From the NCBI GenBank assembly GCA_043228905.1, contig JBHGNT010000009.1, forward strand, positions 8,122,001-8,186,000: a stretch of 64,000 bases of DNA, in the 5' to 3' direction. Shown here one piece after another: positions 51,797 through 64,000 of the stretch. The translations under genes and the position numbers were made by a program. Each line of letters starts with the position of its first letter. Within the stretch, counting starts at the first letter, position 1. The notes below the pieces were generated by a model. The model worked only from the letters and a program-made list of their open reading frames with translations. It was not told the DNA's origin and ran no database searches. This DNA comes from Azolla caroliniana (lineage: Eukaryota > Plantae > Polypodiophyta).

Positions 51797-54736
51797 CTAT
51801 TGTTCGTCCAAAATGTCCAGAATGCTTTGTTCGAGAGGCTCCAATGGTTCATCTGGAAGTGGTTGTTGTTGTTGTTGTTGTTGCTGCTCTGTTGCAGTCT
51901 GCTGCGGCGGGTCCGTTGGTGGTTGCTGCGGCTGCTCCTCCATTTGTGGCTCTGACACCGGCGTCTCCGTCGTTGCTCCCTGCGTCGTAATGGTCTCCGG
52001 TTGACTGGTTCCCGGCTGGCCCTCAGCCGGCGACGGTTCCTCATCACTAAGGTTAACCGTTGCCGCTTCCCGTGCGTTTTCTTCTCGCACCTAGGACCCC
52101 TCGTAGCTTTCAAACTGGATTTGAGCATCCAGCCTATCATCGTCTAGCTGAGCTACGAGCTGCCTGACCTGCGCCAGCTGTTCATCTGCCAGGACTTGGA
52201 AGTCGTCGGCCAGCTCGTCCCGTATGGCGGTGAAGTCCTCGGAAGTCAACGTATAACAGTCATCTCCTTCCTTTCGCCGGTTTGCCACATCCGCCTGTAG
52301 CAACTGGGGTTCCGCCGCGTTTTGTGCCCACTTTGTCCACCATTTTATGGAGCTTTCATCAATCAAGTGTTTTGTCTGATTCAGCCATGCCCGGAGGATG
52401 GACTGAATCCGGCTCGTTCCCAATTGCGATTTGGTTTCCGCTGCTTGCCGTTCCTCCTTCAGTTGTTTGATGATTTTGACGTTGTCCTCCGCCTGCGCCT
52501 TGTAATGCATCAATTGCCTTTGATATGTGCTTTGTAATTTCTGCAATACTATTGACGCTCTCTCTTTGTCTTCCTGCTGCTACCTCTGGAGCTCCATCCG
52601 GACCTTCTCCGCCTCGTCCAAGCGTCTTGTATGTTCTGCCCGTTCGTCGGCGATCGCCGTCGCAGCCCGATCAACTGCCTGTTGGAGCTCGGCCATCCGT
52701 TCTTTATGCTCCGTTTCCAGCCGTTTATAGCCCCGGTGCAGGTGCTCAAAATCATCCGTCTTTTGCTTGAGCCGTGCGTTGATCTGACGACGGGCGGAGC
52801 TCTTCTTTTAGCCGTTCAATCTCTGTTTCCGCCGTTTTCCGCAGCTTGTCCTTTTCCTGCAGCACTTTGTCTTTCTCCTCCTTTAGCCGGTCGTATGCTT
52901 GATGGCCTTTCCGGAGGCTCTCCTCTGCCCGGCGGAGGTTCTCAGCAGTCTTCTTTAATTCGGCTTCAGCCGCCATCTTCAATTCTCGTTCACGGTTCCT
53001 TAGCGCTTCTTGTGCGGCAAGTTCATCTCTCAATTCCGCAAGCTCTTGAGCTTGCGCCATATCTCTTTCCGGAACGGTTTCCATTGCCGGGGTCTTATTG
53101 CTATGTACAGGTCATTCCGTTTCTTCATTCTGTACACTTACCGGAGTCACCGGTGATTGGATCTCTGTCATGACCTGATCCAAGTCTTTTTCCAGGCACC
53201 GGATTCTGGACCAGGCCGTCTCTAGTTGTTTGGTTATGACAAGCAACCGTTCGCTTTGCGCTCTTTCTTCCGCCTCAATATACCCCACTGCTCCGACTAT
53301 CTGTTCGCCTATCCACAGGTGCCTTGTTGTGCTTGCACGGAGATTTGACAGATGGGCTCACTTGTAGAGGGGTGGTCCCGCCTGGTTGTGCCGAGTTGCA
53401 TTTCCGTTTCTGCCCGTGGACCACCCTGCTGTCCTGGTTCCCCTTGCGCTTCTTCTTGGCTGACCGAGGGAGACTGCATTGACCTTTCCGGCTCTGGCGG
53501 GATGGGACTTGCCGGTTTTGCTGGTGGTGCCGGGGCTTCTATTTCCGGTTCCATATGCACTGGTTCCGGTTCCTTCCTTGGCGTGGGAGTCTCAGTATGG
53601 GGATCCGGTGTTCCCTCCGTCTGAGCGTCCGAACGTTTCCCGGCTGCCTCAACGGTCCTTGCCGACGACCGTCGCTGGAGGTGCTCCGTAGGCTCCTCCT
53701 CTATTTCCTCCTCCTGAGCTCCGGCATTGAGTTTTGCCGCCAAGGGGTCCGCTTCTCTATTCACCGGTCGGCGGAGTGTGACCTTTACGGGCCGTGCCGG
53801 TGGTTCCTCCTGCGCCTCCGTTGGGCGCTTCCGGCTGCCGCTTCCTGCTGCCGCCTGTTCTGCATCCGCCGCCTTTCCCTTAGTGGCCTTAGACGCCAAC
53901 AGCTGTTGCCGTTTGGAAGCCGTCCTTGGGGTGCCGTCTGCCACTCTTCCTCGCTTCTTGGGCTGGACGGTCTGGACGGGTGGCACAAGCAAGGTGAGCC
54001 ACTGCGTTACGGCGTGCCATATCCTCCGTCCGTCTTGGCCTTCTTTGCCGTCTTTGCCTCTGACGATCTCGATCGCCGCACACAACCCGTCTGCGATCAA
54101 TACCGGCCAATCCACCTTGATCCCTTCATAGGTGGCGATGATCATCCCTGCCCGGTTCTACGGCATGACAGGGGGTCTAGGGTACACGTGGCCGTATTCA
54201 TGGAGCACACGAGCGATTTCGCGGAACAGCATATCTCCGCCGCCCTGTGTCTGGTAGCCCTTGCTGGCTAGAGAGTACTCACCAAAATACCTGATGAGTT
54301 GCTCCGGGGTTGGATTGTCAATCGTGAGTATGCCTCCCTCCGGAAGGCCTGTTAACGCTCGAATCGACTCTGCCGTTATGACCTCTGTATCGATTTCCTT
54401 GATCACTTTGTCGGCTTCTTTGTGTGGTGGTACTTCCATCATCATCAAGAAGCCCTTGAGCCCGTGTTGCTTCAGCCATGTCTTGGCGGCTTCCGACAGC
54501 GTTTGCGGGTCCATGTCTGTGTCGAGGTCGGATGGCGGTGGCGAGGTTGGATGATGATGAGAGTGAGGTTGAGAAAGAGAGAGTTCGGAAGGCGGGGGTT
54601 CTCTGTGCGCAGGTTCTCGTCTGATGATCTTGCAGCGTCTTGGTGCTTCTGTGCTCCTGGGTTCGCGAAAGTAGAGGGTCTCTACGCGCAGTGGTTTTTG
54701 TTTGTTCATTCTGGCGCCTTTTTCGAGTGTGTGCAT
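51797..54736 (-). pseudogene. D extra sense ORF(s) downstream of integrase: globular N-domain, disordered linker, coiled coil and Q/P tail
   Basis: Collinear ORF fragments 54158-54736, 53309-54145, 52752-53084, 52091-52546 and 51797-52090. Confidence 0.75.
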
Positions 54737-54881
54737 GTCGCATACTTAAAATAGCATTATGTCCTGTGGTGGCGCTTTAAATGCCCACTACGTACCTTTT
54801 CGCTCCTCGCTCTTTCATCCATTCATTCCTCGCTTTTGCATGATTGTTTTTTTTTCCGTTATTATTATTATTAGTGTGACG

Positions 54882-57800
54882 TCACTTGTCCGTTGGTCCT
54901 CTCGGACCCTTACTGGCCTCATTCTCCCCGGTTCCCGGCTTGCCGTCTTCGTGGTTGCCGTCGGTCCTTTGCTCAAACGGGTTCTTAGGCATCGGTCCTC
55001 TATATGCCTTCAACCGGAATCCGTTGACCCATTTGCCCAGCACTTCGCCGGCAAGTGTCCCTAACTGGTAGGACCCATTATACTCCCGTGTTAGCCAATA
55101 CGGTCCGGTCCATCTAAACCTTAGTTTACCCGGCATCTTGCCCATCCAGGTTTGGAATACTAACACCGGTTTGCCGATTGCGAACATTTTTTCGTTACCT
55201 TTCCTGTGCCGGTCGACGAATGCTTTCCGTCGCCGTTGCTCCAATTCTAAATGTAGGATGTTGGCCAGTCGTTGTTCCTCGAGCTCACACAACGTTGTCA
55301 ACCTTATTGTCTCCGACTCCTTCTCGTTCAGCCGTTCTCGTAGCTAGATCCGTAAGCTAGGTACTTGGAATTCTACCGGCATGACCGCCTCGAGTCCGAA
55401 CGCCAACTGGAACGGTGTTGTTCGGATGCTCGTTTTGTATGTCGTCCAGTATGCCCAAAGCGCACTATGTAGCTTTGTGTCCCAATCCGTCCGGTTTTCG
55501 TTGACGATCTTCCGGAGGATATTCTGTAGCGTCTTGTTTGTTGATTCCGCTAAATCGTTCGCCTGTGGATAGTAAGGTGTGCTCCGTTTGTGTACAACGG
55601 CATAGAATGTCGTCAGGCTTTCCACTACTTGGCCGAGAAAGTGCCCCCTTGGTCACTTATCAATTCAATGGGGCATCCGTAACGGCACCAGATGTACTCA
55701 TATAGAAACTTTGCCGTTGACGCAGCGGTGTTATCCCGTAAAGCTTTGGCCTCCACCCATTTCGTGCAGTAATCCGTAGCAACGATAACGTACCGATTAC
55801 CCGTTCTCATTGCCGGTGGCTTGAACGGTCCTACAAAGTCCAGCCCCCACTTTTGGAATGGCTCAAGTGGTAGTACCGGCTGGTGTGGCATATGAGCCTG
55901 CTCCGTTGGCTGGCCCAATCTCTGGCATAGGTCACATTCTTTTGCGTACCGTACCGCATCTCTTAATGTCGTTGGCCACCATAGGCCACTTTGCCATATT
56001 TTTCTAGCCGTCGCATCTCCGGCATAGTGACCGCCGGCAACTCCGCAGTGGGCTTCCCTCAGTATCAGTTCCTTTTCATCGCTGCGCACCGCCCGTCTCC
56101 ATATGCCGTCCGCGCCCTTGTGGTACAGTGTGTCTTGCAGTAAGCAAAAATGTCGGCTTTGCACCGCTAGGCGTTTCCGTTCGTCCCGGTTCATCTCTTC
56201 CGGAGGCAGTCCTGTGCTCAAAAACTGGTGCATATTTGTCATCCATTTGTCTTCCTGTGCCACCGTCTCATCTGCTGCCGTCTCCGTAGTGACTCAAAAT
56301 AGCTCCGCATCCGGAAACTCATCCGCTACTCCGTCACCCGTCTCTCCGGACTCTAATCGGCTTAAGTAATCCGCCACAGCATACTGTATACCGGGCCGGT
56401 GGAATATTTCAAACTCGAACTCCTGTAACAGTAAGGTTCACCGGGCCAATTTGCCGGTGAGTGACGCTTTGGACACCAGGTAAAGGAGTGTCGAATGATC
56501 TACATGGAAGGAAAACTTCCTTCCCAACAAATAATGCCGAAACTTTGTCACACTGTAGATCATCCCTAGAGCTTCCCGTTCCGTAGTAGAGTAGTTCCGT
56601 TCTACTTGGGATAGCTTCCGGTTGGCATAGTACACTAGCCGGTACCACTTTGGTTCCGTAAGCTGCATTAGTACGCTTCCGATTGCGATGTCGGAGGCGT
56701 CCACGAACACGTGAAATTCTTTACTCCAATCCGGAGGCTGCACTACCGGTGCTTGCGACAAAAGTACCTTGAGGGCCCTATACGCCCTATCCTCGGTGTC
56801 GGTCCACTGGAATGGTGTCCGATGTACGGCGGCATGCAACAGTGTAGCCAGGTCGGCCAAGTATCGGAGCATCCGGTTGTGCCACCGGATCTGGCCTAAG
56901 AACCGGCTTAATGCCTTTGCCATTGCCGGCGCCGGTGCTTCTAATATGGCTTTCACTTTGTCCGGGTCAACTGCAATACCTTCCTGGCTCACAATATGTC
57001 CTAATAAGGTTCCACTGGACACGCCAAATACACACTTTGCCGGATTCAAGCTTAGCCGGTACGCTCTACACTTTTCTAGACAAAGACGGAGGTGCTGAAA
57101 ATGGTCCTCCTCCCGGCTATAGACGGCAAAATCGTCGAGGAAAACCTGCATAAAAGCCGGCATATATTCACCAAAGATTTCCATGATGACTCGTTGAAAT
57201 GTTGCCAGTGCCGTTTTGAGTCCGAACATCATCACCACGGCCACAAACACCCCCCATTCGTTGACGAATGTCGTTTTCTCTTGGTCGTGGGGGTGCATCC
57301 GGATCTGATTATACCCGTTGAATCCGTCTAGGAAGCTATAGACCTCATGGCCGGCGACGGCATCCAACACTCCATCTGTGAACGGAAGTGGAAACGCATC
57401 CATTTACCGTAGCCGCATTGAGTTTCCGGTAGTCCACACAAACTCGAATTTTTCCATTCTTCTTCGGTACAACTACGATCGGGCTCAACCATGTCGCTTT
57501 CTTTACTGGACGGATAAAGCCAACTCTTAGCAGTTTGTCAATTTCCTCCTTGACTTTGGCGGCATAATTGGGATTCATCTGGTACCGTCTTTGTGCCACT
57601 GGTTTTGCGTCCTTGCTCAAGTGCACCTGATGCTGGTATAACTTAGGGTCGAGTCCTCGCATATCTTCGTATGACCAGGCGAACACATCGCGGAATTCCG
57701 TGAGAAGTGTGATCATCGTCGTTTTGTCTTCGGATTTCATCTCCTTGGCGATGTGCACCAATTTTGCTTCGTCCGTGGTGCCTAGGTTCACCTCTTCCAG

Positions 57801-60652
57801 TTGCGATGCTTTCACGCGATGTGAAACGGCCATTTCCCGTTCCAACGCTTCCTGCGCTTGCCGTAACTCCCGGATTGCGTCTTTATCCGGTTCTGCTTCA
57901 GCCTCTTCCGGTTGCGGTAAGTATGGTGCTACTGCTTCGGCAATGTCAATTTCGAAGAGGGGTATGATCTTCGGGTTTTCCTGAAGGTATTGAGCTTCTT
58001 CTTCGTCCGCTAACCCTTCTAGCATGTTGACGCATTCCGCATACAACGGTGTACATTCCTTGCCAGTGCTCGTCCTTGGCTGTGTTGGTACCCGTACCTT
58101 GGCTTTTCCTCGCCGGAAGGTAATTATATTTTTTCGCCAATTCTGTTTGATATGTGCCGTTTTCAACCATGGCCGCCCCAGCAATAGCGGGTATGCGCCT
58201 TGTGCCTGTAATTGTAGCACTACGGCCGAGATGTGAAATGTATGACCGCCGATGGTGACTTCCAATTTCTGTATTAATCCTATCGGCCGCACTGAGCTTG
58301 TATTGGTCATCCGCAACCAGAACGGACACGGCTCCCACTCGTGGATTCCTAGGTCATCACACGTCCGGAGGCTTATTACATTCACCCCAAAGCCTCCGTC
58401 TATAACTGTGTCGGGGAGTTCTTTCCCTTTTACAATGGCAGTGATTACCGGACTGCTGGTGTCCACCACCGTTGGTCCCTCCTCCATATTCGAGAAGAGT
58501 ACCGGTGCCGGTGATGGTTCTCCTACCGTCATGGCCGTCTTCAGTCCTTCCGTGAATCTTGGCACGAGTTGTAGGAGTCCTCCTAGTGGTAACGTAATCT
58601 GGCATTCTTGCAATGCCTGCCATGTCTCGTTCTCGGAGTGATTACCGCCGGCAAGCCCTGCAGTGTTCTCCTTTTGCCGCTGTAAGTCTGTGACATTCTG
58701 CTCGTTTGCTTTCTTTACCCATTCCGTTGCTTGTTTCCGGATGGTCTCTTGTGTCTCCCATTCTTTGGCCATGCCCTTCGACCTTGTGGTCACTTGCTAC
58801 AGATCTACCACCTTAGGGACTACCATATTTACCGCCGGTCGTTTTTCATAGCTCTTCACCGAGCATTGGTTACTATAATGGCCTTCCTGTCGGTAGTAGT
58901 AGCAGTAGGCCTTCCGGGTATTGCTAGATTCGGCATTGTCTGTTGTACCCGGGGCAGGTCCTGCGGTACGCGCCGGGTTTTGTACCAGTTGGATGCTTGG
59001 AGCTCCTTGTTCCGGATCCCGGGGGTAGCCGCCTTTTTTGAAATGTCGTTTTTTGTTATAGCTCTTCTTATTACGATACTCTTGACGGGGTTGCCCGTTA
59101 TATCTGCCGTATTCCTCCCATTGCTGACGATACCTGGGGGAGTGCTCCCGGTCGTAATGTCCGTATCGTCTATTGTAATCCTGGTACCGATCAGGCCGGT
59201 CATAGTTATCCCGCCGATCGCCGTACCGGACATCATTTTCCCGTCGATCGCCATACCGGACATCCTGTGCCGATCGGTCACGGTCCATTCGCCGCCAGTG
59301 TTCGTCTTCTTCATCCCGGCTGCTGCGTGGCTCAATTTGTCGGACGGGCAGTGCTTGCCGGTTCAACAGATTATACTCGCACCTATCCGTCGTATGGCTC
59401 TTGGATTGACAGATTACACATTGCGTCCTCATAGTGCATTCTAGAGCCGAGTGTCCAGAATTCAAGCAGGTTGTGCACTGTATTGCTTGCCGAAACCGGA
59501 GGTCTTCATCGAACGGTAACGCCCGTTGAAGTGCTCCCAGTGTGAGCCAGGAGCTTGTCTTTTCCATCTCTCTCACCCGGTCAATGACCTGGTCGATGGT
59601 ACTTGTGCGGAAGTCGATTACCATGCAAACCGTGCGTAGGGGTTCCCGGAGCGCGTTTAGGAATATAGTCCGTAATTCCTCTTCCGGGGGTGCACGGGCA
59701 AGCTGACTATGCATCCGTTGAAACCGGATGACAAATTGGGGAATGCTCTCCCCTGCCTCTTGCCGGATGGTATAAAATAAGCCTACCATTACGGTCTGGT
59801 CCACCTCCTTTTGAAAAAAATGCAAGATTTTAGCTTTTAAATCTGCAAAGGTGTTGATGGTAGACGGGTCATGGGTCCTGGGTCCGGCGCCATCTTGCTG
59901 CCGGTCCCTGCAATGTGACTACAAATTCCGCTATCTTAGAGCGTTCTTCTTCCTCCGGGGTCAATTGCTGGGACACATGGTTGGCTTCCCATGTCAGTTC
60001 AAAGGCGTGCACATGAGCTTCCGCGTCCGGATCATCTCTATACTTGGAGTACCGGAATGGCATGTCGTCGTCCGGTATCGGTGCGCGGGCTGGTAGTGTT
60101 GGTGCTCGTTCCAGAATTTTCTCCGGCGTCGGTGGTCTTTCCTGATTTGTTTCCGGCGTCGGTTGTTTTTCCTCTTCCTTTGGTGACGGAGGCCTCTCCT
60201 CTTCGACTTCCGGTGTCGGAGGTCGCTCTTCCTCTACTGGTTCCGGGGGTTCCAGCGTTAGCACTTCCGGTTCCGGTGTCGGTAAGGTATCTGATCCTTC
60301 GTCCTCCGGTCCGCCCGGGGTTTCGTTGTTGCTACGGTAGTTCGTGTGCACGTTGTATTCCCCTTCGGAGTCCGATTCATATGCTGAAAAGGCTTCTGCT
60401 TCGCCTTCTCCATTTGCCAACGCGTGGAGAAGGGATTCGGTTTCCCGGAGGCTGCTTAGGCTGCTGTCATCGTCCGGGTGCGATGTTTGCTGTAACCAGA
60501 GGGAGTCCTCCGCTACTCTCCGGATTACTTTGGAAAACGAGCGATCCACTCTAATTTCCTGCGCCGCTTGCTGAAAAGCCTCGCGTCTCCTTTGCCTTTC
60601 GGCAAGGCGTCGAGTTTGATCTGTAACCAGGTCGTGCGTTGATCTAGACATC
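54882..60652 (-). pseudogene. D gag-pol
   Basis: Gag with several CCHC knuckles, VIDGG protease, RVCVDYRKLN, FLDDF, FHVFVDAS, integrase H-H-C-C, WGLDFVGP, ISDQG and a GPY motif. Frameshifts and stops are present. Confidence 0.95.
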
Positions 60653-61339
60653 CATCCGTGCCGTCGTTCGCTGCAAAAACAGGAATCGTGGTCGCCAAAA
60701 ACTGTGTTAACTCTTCGGGCAGGACAATGGCCTAACACAGGGTGTCTACGGGAGACACTTCACCAAAGGGTGTTACGGCAACCGGATTAGATTTCAACGC
60801 GATTAAGTTACTTATTATGATCGTCTTTCATAACACACGCGTAAGATATAACAATTAAGACAAAACGGCAATTAACACATAGAGATAACAACGCTTAAGC
60901 TTTCATTAATTAACCGCTAACTATTACATTGTATCTGGGCCTTTAAATAGGTTTCCGATCTATATTACAAAACGGTGCCATCCGCACCTGTTCGGGATCA
61001 GTCCGGATCCAGAACGGCATACCGTTTCCGGTTCGTCCGTCCACACTCATAGCTTAATTACAACCACATTCCTACTACTTAAATAACTCTCCGTTTCCCA
61101 CTCTGAACTCCTTTGTCGGCCGATAACAGCCAAGAGCCCTGTGAGGCTGATACACTCCACAAAGAGAGTGTTGTAATCTTCTCCATTGTATATCCACTGT
61201 ATAGTGAAGTCTTGTTCTCCGTGGTTTTCTGCCATTTTAGGGTTTCCACGTTAAACCTGTGTACACTATTTTCTGTGTTTTTGAGTTGTGTATTTCAACG
61301 TATTCTTTTCTTGTGAAATCATGATTAGTTTCTCCAACA

Positions 61340-62163
61340 AGCCACTCTTGGAAGATCGTGAACACTTGATCTTTGGTTCTGATCGAATACGTCCACACTT
61401 TTCTTGTTGAGTCATCAATAAATGTGATGAAGTAGGAAGCGTTGCTGAGAGACTGATGTGGCATTGGACCACAAACGTCTGAATGTACCAAGTCAAGGGG
61501 GCTCGACTCTCTCAGCTCTTGAGTCGGGTGTGAGGCGACAATATGTATGCTGCATTGGCAATGCTCGCAGAATTGATGGTGGGAGAATGAGAGCTTGGGG
61601 ATGTAGTCGGCTCTAGATAGATGCATGATGCTAGCTTTTCTGAGGTGACCGAGTCGACCGTGCCATAGTGATGACATGGGAATATCTACTAGGAATAGGT
61701 CACCCTCTCTGAGAGTGACATATAGTGGGTATATCGAGTGCATCTTTGGTCCTCTAGCAATCAAGAGATTCCCCCAGTGGAGTGTCCACCTTCTTGTCTA
61801 GAAGTCAGCATATATGTTGTCTTCGTCCAATTGTCTGACTGAGATCAGTGATCTTGAGAGAGCTCACGTACATGTCAGGCATTTCGTAGTACAAGAGTGC
61901 AGCCACTCAAAAGGTTAGGTTGTACTGTGCCGATGCCGATTGTCGCACAATGCTCCGAATTTCTAACTTGGACTGAGTCGGAGTGCCGGGCTGAAAATTG
62001 CTGAAATTGTGATTGGTGAGGAGTCACATGGTAGGAGGCGCCCAAAGCCAAGAGCCAAGTGCTTGACTCTTCATTCATAAGCAAAACTTCTGATTTGATT
62101 GAGTGTTCTATGAACAAAATTGTGATTGGTCATCCGTCAATACTTCGGCTGATGAGCCGACGT
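61340..62163 (-). pseudogene. Ty1/copia element E fragment (protease, GAG-pre-integrase, integrase start); host of copia A
   Basis: STWLLALGASYHVT, LWHGRLGH, FCEHC, DLVHSDVCGP and YFITFIDD. Confidence 0.87.
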
Positions 62164-64000
62164 TGTCGCGTGGCGCGTGACACACGTGCCAAACGTCGCA
62201 ATGTGCGTGTCACATAGGCATGGACAAGCACTGGGCCTCTATCTGCTAGTGGTTATGGAGGAGAGGAATTAGCCATTTTAGGTTTATTGTCGGGTTGTTC
62301 TTTGTTGTCGAAGATGCACCCAAACTAGAATCAGCGGTGCGGTGGATTGAAGTGCAGGCGACGGTAATGTGGTGGTGTGCAACGTTTAGCGGGCAACGAC
62401 GACGGCGAAGGCGAAATGATCTTTGCTGGTGCTATTTCCTTCTTGACAAGAATTCCAGAGATAGAGTGAATGACCACACAAAATGAAATTGTAGTAGTTG
62501 AAGTGACGCACTAATGTGGTTGTGTGTGTGTGTGAGAGAGAGAGACGGGAATTGAGGAAGTGTTTAAGGTAGATAGATAGGTGGATGGAAATTCCAATTC
62601 CGGGTTTGAGAATCAAGACAAGTCACCTATAAGGTAAGTAGGTTTTTTTAATACTAAGATGTTGATTCAATACATAGCTTGATTGATGCCTCGATTCATC
62701 CCCCCTTCTTTCTTTCTTATATAGATGCCCCCATGCACATGATGCATGTGAGGGTGTAAGACATGCATACAATGCATGTCAAGATGCATGCAATGCATGA
62801 TTGCCATTTGGTGCTCATGCATCGCATGTGATGCATGATGACCATGTCCCTCATTCAAGCTCTAATGTATGAGCATTTACATGTAACAACTTAGCCTAAT
62901 GGTAAGCCAATTGTCTCTTAACTTGGAGGTGCAAGATTCAAACCTAACTTGCACCCCATGGTATCCACGAAAATGTTACTAGGCCTTAGGGGTTCTCATT
63001 TCATTTATATTTACAACATGCTAACATACAAGTGTAACCATCGCCCCATTCATTCGTGTGCACATTGCACCTTCTCGATTTTCTCCGTTCCATGCGATTT
63101 TCACACCGTTGCCGAAAATCTTCACGACATCCACCCCCACCAAACCGTATGTCCTCCGGTACGTGCCAAGAAGGGAATGTGAGATTTCGGCTACGTTGAA
63201 CAATCAATTTCCTCCATGTCCTCGTTGACCTTGCTCACGTTTGCAAGTTTAGACTTCATTGTAAAGGACCCTCAACTTGTCTTTTATTGAAGATCTTTTC
63301 GCCGTAATGGGTATGGCCAACCTCGATCTGTCTAGCTCCATGAGGTGGTCGGTGGCGTTGTCATTGGCATGTGTCACCTTCTTGCGAACTTCGTTGTCGT
63401 TTTGTGTTGGTTTTCAAGGTTGTTGTTGTAGACCAATACCCAACCTCCTTCGATCTTCTTGGGGTGCAGTCGATGCGTCTTGTCGAACCGAATCCAAAAA
63501 CTGGATGCTTCTTCTTATTAGCCAATCTTTTTCTTTGAGATTGGAGATGGAAATGTTGGCAATACAACCTCTTTGTTTAGTTGGACATCCCACCATCTCG
63601 ATGCATCTTTCCCTTCCTTCTTGTGGGTAGTCCTCATAATCATTTCTTTACTTTCTTCTTCATAAGTAATAACCATCCATTTTACCACAACATCATCTTC
63701 TTCAATAAAAACCTCAATGTTAATTATACTTACATCATTATTATAGTCATCCTTTGAGTTAACAACATCTTTAGTCACCGAATTATTTATCACGAGATAA
63801 CCATCATATTCAATATCATCTACCCTAAACTCATCCTTCCTGCACACTCACAACACCAACATTATCATCATACACATCCCAAACCATCATAACATTTTCT
63901 AGATTATCCTCAATCTTATCAACCTTAATCCCATCCTTCCCACACATACTCACAACATCAACGTCAACATTATACACATCCCAAATAACATTTTCTAGAT
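62164..64000 (-). mobile_element. 4-bp-TSD group element: 3' LTR (62164-63129) with PPT and internal sequence running off the window
   Basis: TGTCGCG...AAAATCTTCACGACA termini with left flank ACGT. It is followed by tccacccccac (minus-strand purine tract), and the LTR is homologous to C and to 49426-50073. Confidence 0.78.

Larger units (their letters stand above)
51319..61128 (-). mobile_element. Full-length Ty3/gypsy element D (9.8 kb)
   Basis: LTRs at 51319-51742 and 60705-61128 with a perfect TSD GCCAA. PBS TGGCGACCACG at about 60687-60697. Domain order is gag-PR-RT-RH-INT, followed by extra ORFs. Confidence 0.97.
46030..61339 (+). mobile_element. Ty1/copia element A, copy 2 (pre-integrase region to 3' LTR 50890-51318 plus 61134-61339), with four insertions
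   Basis: Close match to 1-1111. RT motifs LKQAPRQWYKKF and LYVDDML, followed by RNase H. A purine tract precedes TGTTGGG at 50890, and the LTR ends CTCCAACA at 61339. Confidence 0.9.

Noticed and set aside
53101-53141. Possible GT-AG mini-intron in the D extra ORF
   Set aside because: It is only about 41 nt, and I could not verify frame or support without transcripts.
63640-64000. Acidic D/V-rich ORF with short repeats
   Set aside because: Low-complexity and truncated by the window edge, so no product can be assigned.

Overview
This window is a gene-free, heterochromatin-like stretch of a plant genome; a non-seed land plant such as a fern, lycophyte or moss is my inference from the element types. 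It consists almost entirely of nested transposable elements, and target-site duplications (TSDs) let the nesting be reconstructed. The components are: Ty1/copia elements (A, B1, a full-length B2, E); Ty3/gypsy elements with extra post-integrase ORFs (F1, F2, G, a full-length D); a non-coding LTR derivative (H); six LTRs or solo LTRs of a 4-bp-TSD group; and a 10.65-kb DDE DNA transposon (7565-18218). Three observations stand out. (1) The gypsy-type elements lack a polypurine tract and instead carry a second, inverted tRNA-Arg-like primer-binding site next to the 3' LTR, suggesting tRNA priming of both cDNA strands. (2) The 4-bp-TSD LTRs all insert at NCGN sites and carry tRNA-like Pol III A/B boxes. 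(3) The DNA transposon inserted with a small target deletion instead of a TSD, and carries RING-like and FCP1/NIF-like cargo genes plus large palindromic arrays. Coordinates were read by eye, and tRNA and family assignments come from memory rather than database searches.
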